From an uncultured Anaerolineaceae bacterium (GTDB lineage Bacteria; Chloroflexota; Limnocylindria; Limnocylindrales; CSP1-4): DNA of 27,978 nt. The position numbers and the translations under genes were made by a program. Positions within the stretch are counted from its first letter, which is position 1, and each line of letters starts with the position of its first letter. Location of the stretch: NCBI GenBank assembly GCA_964603175.1, contig CAZRUC010000001.1, positions 19,743-47,720 on the forward strand. The letters run 5' to 3'. The notes under the pieces were generated by a model. That model was not told the DNA's origin and did not search any database. It saw only the letters and a list, made by a program, of their open reading frames with translations. Shown here one piece after another: positions 17,081-24,682 of the stretch.

Positions 17081-18070
17081 GTGAAGCGAACACTCGGACG
17101 CAGCGGCATCGAGGTTCCGGCGGTCGGGATGGGCTGCTGGGCCATCGGTGGCCCCTGGGAGATGTTCGGCGCCCAGGCAGGCTGGGGCGTCGTAGACGAC
17201 GCCGAGTCGACCCGAGCAATCCATGCCGCGCTCGAGCACGGGGCGAGCTTCTTCGACACTGCCGCCAACTATGGCGCCGGCCACAGCGAGCGAGTTCTGG
17301 GCGCCGCGCTCAAAGGCCGCCGTGATCAGGCCGTGATCGCCACCAAAGTCGGCCACCAGATCGACGAGGCCGCCCGGAAGGTCGTCTTCTACGGGCCCGA
17401 AGAGGTCGACAGCGACCCGGCCTCCCACATCCGCGAGGACCTCGAGAACAGTTTGAGGCGCCTGCAAACCGACTATGTCGATGTCTACCTCCTGCATGTA
17501 TGGAGCCTTTCTATCGAGCACGCGCTGGAGGCCCGCGAGGTATTCGACGATCTCGTCAGGCAGGGCAAGATTCGAACGTACGGCTGGAGCACCGACCGGA
17601 CGGACGCGATCGAGGCCTTTTCGACGGAAGCGGGCTGCGGCGTAGTCGAGCAGGAGCTGAACATCTTCACGGGCAACGCCGAACTGCTCGCCCTGGCCGA
17701 AAGGCTGAACCTCGGCAGCATCAACCGCGCCCCGCTCGGGATGGGCCTGCTGACCGGCAAGATCACCCCCGAGACTCGGTTCGGCGACGGCGACATCCGG
17801 CAGAAGGTCGAATGGTTCCCGGGCATCAAAGGCGGCCGGGCGAACCAGGTATGGCTCGATGGCCTGGTCGCAATGCGCGAGATTCTCACCAGCGGCGGTC
17901 GAACTCTCGCTCAAGGTGCGCTGGCCTGGCTCTGGGGACGAAGCCTCAACACCGTCCCGATCCCGGGCTTCCGGACGGTCGCCCAGGTCGAGGAGAACGC
18001 CAACGCCATGGAGTTTGGGCCCCTCACGGCTGGGCAAATGGCCGAGATCGATCGGATCCTGGGGCGGTAG
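17081..18070 (+). CDS. Aldo/keto reductase
   Basis: MKRTLGRSGIEVPAVGMGCWAIGG. Catalytic tetrad D (FDTA), Y (NYG), K (IATK), H (LLH). PIPGFRTV.QVEEN. GGAG lies 6 nt before GTG 17081 (the track start is 17069). Confidence 0.93.
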   Translation: MKRTLGRSGIEVPAVGMGCWAIGGPWEMFGAQAGWGVVDDAESTRAIHAALEHGASFFDTAANYGAGHSERVLGAALKGRRDQAVIATKVGHQIDEAARKVVFYGPEEVDSDPASHIREDLENSLRRLQTDYVDVYLLHVWSLSIEHALEAREVFDDLVRQGKIRTYGWSTDRTDAIEAFSTEAGCGVVEQELNIFTGNAELLALAERLNLGSINRAPLGMGLLTGKITPETRFGDGDIRQKVEWFPGIKGGRANQVWLDGLVAMREILTSGGRTLAQGALAWLWGRSLNTVPIPGFRTVAQVEENANAMEFGPLTAGQMAEIDRILGR

Positions 18071-18136
18071 GCGCCGCCACCGGCCCCCGATCGCCCGGCG
18101 CCGCGGCGGCCCCGGCGGCCGCGCGGTTCCCGGCGA

Positions 18137-19735
18137 CTACTCGCGGACCGACGTGACTCCGGCCAGCGTGCCGACGAAGATCTGGCCTTGCGAGAGCATG
18201 GGCGAGGCGAAATGAGGCACCGATCCGACGCCTATGCTGCCGAGTACGGCGCCTGTAGCCGGATTGAACGCCACGAGCCGGCCGGCGGAGCTCACGCTCC
18301 AGACCGCTCCCCCGCCGATCACCGGAGGTCCGCCGGCGGCGCCGCTCTGCCACCCCGGTGTCAGCGACCCGTCGGCCCCGACGGTGACCGCCCGTAGCGA
18401 GCTCACGCATGGGACATAGATCGCATTGCCGATCTGGGCCGCGCCGCCGAAGCCGGTGCACACCGGCGCCGACGACACCTGCCCGCCTATGTCCCCCAGC
18501 GCCCCCTGGCGCAGGACGTAGCCGATGCCGCTCTTGCCCGCGATGAAGACCCAGCCGCCCGGCACGAGCACGGGACTCAGCGACCCGAGGTCCGCATCGC
18601 CGGCGTTGTCCGCCGCCCAGCTCGACGGAGCGAACCGGCTCTTGAGGGTCAACGTGGGCGAGAGCTCCAACACCGAATCACTGCCGTCGTAAGTGGTCGT
18701 CGAGGCGCCGTTTCCGACGGAGACGTAGACGTTTCCCGCGCCATCGATCACCGGCCCGCCGGTCGCCCAGACGGCACCCTCGCGCGTGACCGGCACGCGA
18801 TACGCGATCGTGCCTCCCTGCCCGCTCGCCGGAACTCCGACGACCTCACCGATGTACTGGCCGCAATCGCCCGCCAGGCCGCCGAAGTCGATGTACACGT
18901 AGCCGTTGGCGACGGCCAAAGCCGGCCTCTGCTGATGGGTCCTGGGATCGTCTCCGGACAGGTCCACGCCGCGCGACCAGCGCACCGCGCCGGTGTCGGG
19001 GTCCAGGGCGAACAGCACGTGCTTGGGTCCGGTGACCTCCGCCACGACAAAGAGCGAGCCTGTGGCGGAGTCGAAGGCCGGCGTCCCGGTGATGCCGAGC
19101 GGGTCGATGTTGCCGCAGGGCAAGGTCGAAAGCGGGACCGGCGTGCCGAGGTTCTGCCGCCACACGACCGCGCCGCTCGAAGGGTCGAGAGCGTAGAGGC
19201 TGTCGCCTTCCGTGGCGGCGATGACTCTCCCGTGGACCAGCAGCGGCTCGGCGTAGACGGCGCCGTCCAGTGCAGTCGACCACCCGGCCGTAAGCGAGCC
19301 GCCGAAGGCTGGGAACGTACCGTCGTTGCCGGTTCGTCCCGCATTGAGGTGGTACACCGGCCAATCGGCGGCCGCCACCGGAGGCGTGGGCGCGGCTGTC
19401 GCTGTCGCGGCCGGTGTCGCCGTTGGAGGCGCAGGAGTGGCCGTTGCCGGACGCGGCGTGGCGGGCCGTGGAGTTGCCGGTCGGGGAGTTGCCGGGCGGG
19501 GCGTTGGGGTCCGTGTGCTTGCCGAGGGCGTCGCGGATAACGTGGCAGTCGGGCCGGCCGTATCCGTAGCCACGGCCGCGGTGGACGTGGGCTCAGCCGA
19601 GATGCTGGCCGCCGATGTCGTCTGGGTTGCGGTGGGCGTCGCGGACGACGTCGCGGATGGGGTCGCAGTCCCACACGCCGCCGCGATCACCCCGAGGGCG
19701 ACGAGCATCGGCACGATCCGACCGCGAATACGCAC
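18137..19735 (-). CDS. Lipoprotein with Pro/Thr stalk and PQQ-binding-like (BamB-type) beta-propeller
   Basis: Lipobox AAC. WPVYH.N..RTG. Repeated blade motifs LYALDP..G.V.W, LFALDP.TG.V.W, LVAFNP.TG. Several Cys pairs. No evidence of actual PQQ binding. Confidence 0.85.
   Translation of the reverse strand: MRIRGRIVPMLVALGVIAAACGTATPSATSSATPTATQTTSAASISAEPTSTAAVATDTAGPTATLSATPSASTRTPTPRPATPRPATPRPATPRPATATPAPPTATPAATATAAPTPPVAAADWPVYHLNAGRTGNDGTFPAFGGSLTAGWSTALDGAVYAEPLLVHGRVIAATEGDSLYALDPSSGAVVWRQNLGTPVPLSTLPCGNIDPLGITGTPAFDSATGSLFVVAEVTGPKHVLFALDPDTGAVRWSRGVDLSGDDPRTHQQRPALAVANGYVYIDFGGLAGDCGQYIGEVVGVPASGQGGTIAYRVPVTREGAVWATGGPVIDGAGNVYVSVGNGASTTTYDGSDSVLELSPTLTLKSRFAPSSWAADNAGDADLGSLSPVLVPGGWVFIAGKSGIGYVLRQGALGDIGGQVSSAPVCTGFGGAAQIGNAIYVPCVSSLRAVTVGADGSLTPGWQSGAAGGPPVIGGGAVWSVSSAGRLVAFNPATGAVLGSIGVGSVPHFASPMLSQGQIFVGTLAGVTSVRE
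19443..19502. repeat. Four 15-nt degenerate units encoding (PRPAT)4
   Basis: GTTGCCGGACGCGGC / GTGGCGGGCCGTGGA / GTTGCCGGTCGGGGA / GTTGCCGGGCGGGGC. Protein-identical but synonymously diverged. Confidence 0.85.
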
Positions 19736-19831
19736 GTCACCATCTTGCCGCCGAATCGCACCCGCGCGACCTCAGCGTTCCGCCCGCCCGCCGTGCGCAC
19801 CACTTCCGGCTCCGTCCCGCGCCGGACGCGG

Positions 19832-19837
19832 TATGGT
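19832..19837 (+). promoter_or_regulatory. Candidate -10 box TATGGT, 6 nt before ATG 19844 (leaderless start)
   Basis: TAnnnT-N6-ATG, no SD. Confidence 0.5.
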
Positions 19838-19843
19838 CCGGCG

Positions 19844-20431
19844 ATGGGCTTCGAGTCGGCATACCGCAACGGCGAGCCACCCTGGGACATCGGGCAGCCG
19901 CAGCCCGCGTTCAAGCGTCTTGCCGAACAGGGCGCCATAGCCGGCTCGGTGATCGACGTGGGTTGCGGCACCGGCGAGAACGCTCTCTTCCTGGCAGGAC
20001 TCGGGCTGGACGTCACCGGGCTTGATGCCGCCCCGACCGCCATCGCCCGTGCCCGCGAGAAAGCGGTCGCACGTGGTCTCGCCGCCACCTTCATCGTCGG
20101 CGATGCGCTCGATCTGGCGGCCGTCGGGAGCGCATTCGACGTCGCGGTCGACTCGGGCCTCTTCCACGTCTTCTCGGACGCCGACCGCCTTCGCTACGTG
20201 CGAGGCCTCCGCGAATTGCTTCGGCCCGGCGGACGCTACTTCGTGCTCTGCTTCAGCGACCTGCAGCCCGGCACGATGGGTCCGCGCCGGGTAAGCCAGG
20301 CCGAATTGCGAGCCGCGTTCGCCGAGGGCTGGCAAGTCGATTCGATCGTCGCCGAGCGCTTCGCTACCCGTGGCGGGTTTCTGGGGCCGGACGGCCCGCG
20401 CGCCTGGCTCGCATCGTTGACACGCCGGTAG
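19844..20431 (+). CDS. Class I SAM-dependent methyltransferase
   Basis: PPWDIGQPQP, motif I VIDVGCGTGENA, VTGLDAAPTAI..A, VGDAL.L, FDVAVDSGLFHVF. Start moved to ATG 19844. Confidence 0.92.
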   Translation: MGFESAYRNGEPPWDIGQPQPAFKRLAEQGAIAGSVIDVGCGTGENALFLAGLGLDVTGLDAAPTAIARAREKAVARGLAATFIVGDALDLAAVGSAFDVAVDSGLFHVFSDADRLRYVRGLRELLRPGGRYFVLCFSDLQPGTMGPRRVSQAELRAAFAEGWQVDSIVAERFATRGGFLGPDGPRAWLASLTRR

Positions 20432-20442
20432 GCTGTCCGGGG

Positions 20443-21738
20443 TCAGTGGCAGTTGGCTGAACCCGAGTCGGTGAACGAATACCCCGGCGCCGGCACGAAG
20501 CGCCAGCTGTAGCTCGTCGGCTTGAGGGTCATCGAGATGACCCCGAATGACGAGTCGTCGCGGACGACCTCGCCCGTGAGCGGCGCCACGACGAAACCCG
20601 TGTGGTTCTTCCCACCTGTGCCCACCACGAACTCCGTGACTCCAAGCGGGTTGGGCTGGCCGGCCGCGTCCAGCGGCACGAAACGTTCGTAATCGTGGTT
20701 GTGGCCGGTCAAGACGACGTCCACGTTCGCGGCAGCGAGGTCCGCCCAGATGGCCGACATCTGGGTTGCCTCACCCTCCTGCCCTGACGACCAGATCGGC
20801 TCGTGCCAGTAGACCAGCGTGCACGGCCTGGGATTGGCGTTCAGGTTGGCGCGCAGCCACGTCTCCTGGGCAGAGCCGGCCCCGCAGCCGCCGACTTGCG
20901 AACATTCGGAATCAAGAGCTATGAAGTGCCAGTTGCCCAAGTTGTAGCCGTAGTACGCAGGCACTCCGAAGTAGCCGAAGTACCCCGACGCGCCGGGTGT
21001 CAGGTACTCGTGGTTGCCGACTGTGGGGAATGTGATCGAGAAGTACTTGCCCCAGGTCGGGGCGTAGACGGACTGGAATGCCGCCAGCGTTCCGTCTTCG
21101 TATTGGGTGTCCCCGAGTGGCAGCACCGCCGTCGGGCGGAGTCCGCCGATCAAGTCGGCTGTAGCCGCTTGATCGCAATCCTGGGGCGCACCCGTGTTCG
21201 CGCTGGGGTCGCAGGCGATGTCGCCGGCCGCGGCGATCGTGATCGTCTTGCCGCTCGGCGTGGGCGAGGGTGACGGGCTGGGCGAGGGTGACGGGCTGGG
21301 CGAGGGACTCGGAGGGCCGAACGTCGGGGGCAGCGTCGACCCGAATGTCGGGCCTAGCGTCGGCGCGAAGGTGGGAAACGGCGTCGGATCCAGGGTCGGA
21401 ACGGCAGTCGTCCCGGGTGGTGGTTGAGGCGGCGCCGTCTGGGTCGCCGCACTCGGCGTGGGCGTGGCCCCGGGTCGTTGCCTGACCGCCGCGCTGGGCG
21501 AGCCGAGCTGACTTGGCGCCGACGTGGGCGCGGCCCCAGTCGAAATCGGGGATCCGACGACGACCAGGCCCGTCGGCGTGGCGGCCACACCCAGGATCGA
21601 CTCCGTAAAGGTCGAGCCTGGAGAGGTCGCGGTGGGGCTCGTGGTGAACAGGCCTCGGGTCGGCGTCGGGCCGGGACTCGCACAGGCCCATACGGCCACC
21701 ACGATCAGGGCACCGGCAAGGACCGTCACCGGGCGCAT
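20443..21738 (-). CDS. Calcineurin-like metallophosphoesterase with N-terminal signal/lipoprotein anchor and long Pro/Thr/Ser stalk
   Basis: AAGDIAC, LPLGD.QY, VGNHEY, YWHEP, LTGHNHDYER metal motifs. Hydrophobic leader ending VWAC. Start ATG 21738 (the track start is 21801). Confidence 0.9.
   Translation of the reverse strand: MRPVTVLAGALIVVAVWACASPGPTPTRGLFTTSPTATSPGSTFTESILGVAATPTGLVVVGSPISTGAAPTSAPSQLGSPSAAVRQRPGATPTPSAATQTAPPQPPPGTTAVPTLDPTPFPTFAPTLGPTFGSTLPPTFGPPSPSPSPSPSPSPSPSPTPSGKTITIAAAGDIACDPSANTGAPQDCDQAATADLIGGLRPTAVLPLGDTQYEDGTLAAFQSVYAPTWGKYFSITFPTVGNHEYLTPGASGYFGYFGVPAYYGYNLGNWHFIALDSECSQVGGCGAGSAQETWLRANLNANPRPCTLVYWHEPIWSSGQEGEATQMSAIWADLAAANVDVVLTGHNHDYERFVPLDAAGQPNPLGVTEFVVGTGGKNHTGFVVAPLTGEVVRDDSSFGVISMTLKPTSYSWRFVPAPGYSFTDSGSANCH
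21261..21306. repeat. Perfect 18-nt tandem repeat (2.5 copies) encoding a (PS)n linker
   Basis: TGGGCGAGGGTGACGGGC x2 plus TGGGCGAGGG. Confidence 0.9.
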
Positions 21739-21936
21739 GATTCGGCCGCGCCGAAATTGGGCGTATTCAGGCGGCGGTGGGGTCCGGGCGGGCTGTCGCA
21801 TCGAGGGTCTCGGAGGCCCGAGTATGGCCAGCGGCCGGAGACCGGTCTACCCCGGTCCACCCCGGTCCTGCCTGCCGCGTCCCCCACGCCGGAGCTGTGC
21901 GGCAGTCCAGTCACTCAACGGGTAGTCTAGGCAGCC

Positions 21937-23148
21937 ATGACGCCTGTCAAGCCGCCTTCAGGGACACCGGGCCCGATTACGGAACCGGGAAGGCCTTCCC
22001 CAGCCGACGCCTCGGGGGATTCGACGCGCGAACCCGCCCCGGCGCCGCGAGGGCTGAAGCCCACCCCACGCACACGGCCGCCGATGAGGATCCTCGTGGT
22101 CGGCGCGGGGGCCGTCGGCTCGTTCCTCGGCACACTCCTGGCAGCCGCCGGCAACGAGGTGACCCTCGTCCGCATCTTCGAGCCGTCTTCGACCCATCCG
22201 ATGACGCTCGTTTCCCCCGACGGCGCGGTCCAGAGCTTCCCGGTCCGCCGGGTCTCACGAACCGACGAGGCTGCCGAGCCCGACCTGATCCTGCTGGCGG
22301 TCAAGATGCCGGCGCTCCGTGAGGCGCTGGCCCCAACCCTGATCTGGCCGGCAGTGCCCACGCTCACTGTAGAGAACGGCATTGGAGCGGAGGGCATCGC
22401 GGCTGAAGTTCGTCCCGACGCGCCGCTCATCGCCGGCTCCCTCACGGCTCCGATCGAATTGGCGTCGAAGGACGAGATTCGCTGGCTGGGCAAGGGCGGT
22501 CTGGGGCTGTCGGCCGTGACGCCCGACGCCAAACCCGCGGTTCGGGCCATCAAGCGCGAGTTCGGCCGTGTCGGATTCCGAACCGCGGAGATCCGCGATG
22601 CTTCATCCATGAAGTGGTCGAAACTGCTGGCGAACCTGATTGCGAACGCCACGGGTGCGATCCTCGACATGGACGCCGACGAGATCTACCGCGATCCGCG
22701 CCTGTTCGCCATCGAGCGCCGCCAGCTTTGCGAAACGCTCGACGTGATGCAGCAGCTCGGCCTCAAGCCCGTTGGGCTGCCGGGGGCTGCGGTTCCCTGG
22801 CTGGCGCGAGTCGTCCGCCTGCCGGCGCTGCTCAGCCGCCCGATCCTGGCACGCGTCGTAGGCGGCGCGCGAGCGGGCAAGCTGCCATCGCTCCGGGTCC
22901 ATGTGCGGGCCGTCGAATCGGGCACTCCCCCCGTGACCGCCGTCGCCGGCGAGGCCACCGAAGTGCGCTGGATGAACGGCGCAGTGGCGCGCTTTGGGGT
23001 AGTGACTGCCGTGCCCACTCCCGTGAACAGCTTGCTCGCCGAACTGGTGGACGATGTCGCGGCCGACCCGGAGCGCCGGGCTGCTCTTCGTCGCAACCCC
23101 GACCGGTTGCTGGCCGAGCTGCTCGGAACCGCCGACGGCGAACCGTAG
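21937..23148 (+). CDS. Ketopantoate reductase (PanE/ApbA)-family oxidoreductase
   Basis: MRILVVGAGAVG Rossmann motif, LILLAVK, VENG, KWSKLLAN (catalytic Lys), PS, TEVRWMNGAV (conserved Glu). Start is 21937 or 22084. Substrate not certain, so no symbol is given. Confidence 0.85.
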   Translation: MTPVKPPSGTPGPITEPGRPSPADASGDSTREPAPAPRGLKPTPRTRPPMRILVVGAGAVGSFLGTLLAAAGNEVTLVRIFEPSSTHPMTLVSPDGAVQSFPVRRVSRTDEAAEPDLILLAVKMPALREALAPTLIWPAVPTLTVENGIGAEGIAAEVRPDAPLIAGSLTAPIELASKDEIRWLGKGGLGLSAVTPDAKPAVRAIKREFGRVGFRTAEIRDASSMKWSKLLANLIANATGAILDMDADEIYRDPRLFAIERRQLCETLDVMQQLGLKPVGLPGAAVPWLARVVRLPALLSRPILARVVGGARAGKLPSLRVHVRAVESGTPPVTAVAGEATEVRWMNGAVARFGVVTAVPTPVNSLLAELVDDVAADPERRAALRRNPDRLLAELLGTADGEP

Positions 23149-23192
23149 CCGCGCCCGAACCAACGGCAACTGCCGGTCTCAATTCGCGGCCC

Positions 23193-23198
23193 TATACT
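23193..23198 (+). promoter_or_regulatory. Candidate -10 box TATACT, 8 nt before the plsY ATG
   Basis: TAnnnT-N8-ATG, no SD. Confidence 0.45.
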
Positions 23199-23206
23199 TC
23201 CCCGCG

Positions 23207-23854
23207 ATGCAGACAATCGACGTCGTGCGGGCAGCCGCTGCGCTGATCGCGGGCTTTCTGGTCGGCGGGATTCCATTCGGAATCATCGTCCCACGACTGA
23301 TCGGCGGGCCGGATCCACGTACCCTCGGCAGCGGCCGCACCGGCGGCGCAAACGTGTCTCGCGCCGTCGGGTTTCGCTGGGCTGCCGTTTCCGGCCTACT
23401 GGACGTGGCCAAAGGCGCGGCTGCCGTGCTCCTGATCGTGGCCATCGGTGGGGACATCGTGGCCCAGGTGCTGGCCGCGTTGGCAGCCATCGTCGGCCAC
23501 AGCCGCTCGCCGTTCATCGGCTTCCATGGGGGTCGCGGCGTGGCCCCGGCCACGGGTGGAGCGCTGATCATCGCGCCGCCGATCCTGGCCGTGATCTTTC
23601 CGATCTTCGTGATCGTCATCGCCGTGACCCGAATTTCATCTTTGGGGTCGCTCGGGGCAAGCCTTCTCGGTGGCATAGCCATGGTCATTGCGACATTCGT
23701 ACTTCCACTCGCCCCGATCTACTACATCTACGGCGTCGGCGTTCCGGGGCTCATCTGGCTGTTCCACCATGACAACATCCAGCGGCTGCTCAGAGGCAAG
23801 GAGCGGCGCGTCGGTCCTCCGGGAACACCCACGGGGCAGGCCGCACAGCGTTAG
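23207..23854 (+). CDS. plsY: Glycerol-3-phosphate acyltransferase PlsY
   Basis: GGIPFG, DPR.LGSGRTGGANVSR, LDVAKG, GH...PF.GF.GGRGVA, HHDNIQRLLRGKE. Multi-TM profile. Start moved to ATG 23207. Confidence 0.9.
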   Translation: MQTIDVVRAAAALIAGFLVGGIPFGIIVPRLIGGPDPRTLGSGRTGGANVSRAVGFRWAAVSGLLDVAKGAAAVLLIVAIGGDIVAQVLAALAAIVGHSRSPFIGFHGGRGVAPATGGALIIAPPILAVIFPIFVIVIAVTRISSLGSLGASLLGGIAMVIATFVLPLAPIYYIYGVGVPGLIWLFHHDNIQRLLRGKERRVGPPGTPTGQAAQR

Positions 23855-24055
23855 GACGTGTCTCCTGAGGAGTTCCGGCTCGCCTACGCGAGTCGCCATA
23901 CGGGATGGTTTGACGAGCATCTAATCCCTAGTCGCGTCCCGCGCGAGACCAGTCCCATCCACCGAGTCTCTATACATTCGAGTAGGTAAGAGGGCCCTCC
24001 GGGACGTATCTTTTGCTCGGACTGTTCGACGAGCCGTCCCACCGGAGATTCGTTA

Positions 24056-24586
24056 GTGGAGCCGCAGGCGGGTCCGAGCGCCATGGAAACTCAGATCGAT
24101 TTTGTCGGCTATTCCGACGACTGCACAGTCGAGGGGAAAGTCGAACTCGAATGTTCGCGACTGGCCGACATGCTCAACGACCGGGCGACCATCGTCGTAC
24201 ACGATGCTGTTGTGGTCAGCACCGCCGACGGCCACAGCACCAGGTTCGATGAACTCGAGATCAACCGCGACGAACTCGGAATTGTCGTCGCGAGCGGTCC
24301 GCGCGGAGATCCGCAGCGGCGCCTCGCCACAAAGCCGAACGAAGTAACAGTGAAGCTCGGCCCGTACTCCGCCGCCGGGTACCTGCACGCGCCTGCCACC
24401 GCCAATCCCATCCGAGACCTGGGCCGACATGCGGTCATGGTCGCCGTTACAGACGCAACCATCGAGTACGACTACTGTGACGAGCGCGTCTCGCAGTGGT
24501 ACCGCACGATCCTTGTGAACCGGGAACTGGCGATCTCGCTGCGAGCCGTCGTGAACCCGGACGGATTCACGCCCGACGCTCCCTAG
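24056..24586 (+). CDS. Hypothetical cytoplasmic protein, apparently two related beta-rich halves
   Basis: GGAG before GTG 24056 (alternative ATG 24083). Both halves show a DA-x-V/I ... I/V-NRxEL pattern (HDAVV..INRDEL; TDATI..VNREL). Confidence 0.7.
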   Translation: MEPQAGPSAMETQIDFVGYSDDCTVEGKVELECSRLADMLNDRATIVVHDAVVVSTADGHSTRFDELEINRDELGIVVASGPRGDPQRRLATKPNEVTVKLGPYSAAGYLHAPATANPIRDLGRHAVMVAVTDATIEYDYCDERVSQWYRTILVNRELAISLRAVVNPDGFTPDAP

Positions 24587-24682
24587 CCCGTCGGGCCTCC
24601 GCGCCCGCCGCCACGTTGGATCGCTCGAACCTGGCATGATGCATCCCTACAGGGGGCCAAGCCAGGAGACTTCACTCGATCG

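Noticed and set aside
21840-21872. Palindrome AGACCGGTCT and direct repeat ACCCCGGTCC x2 in the divergent spacer
   Set aside because: Short and GC-rich, so within chance expectation without comparative support.
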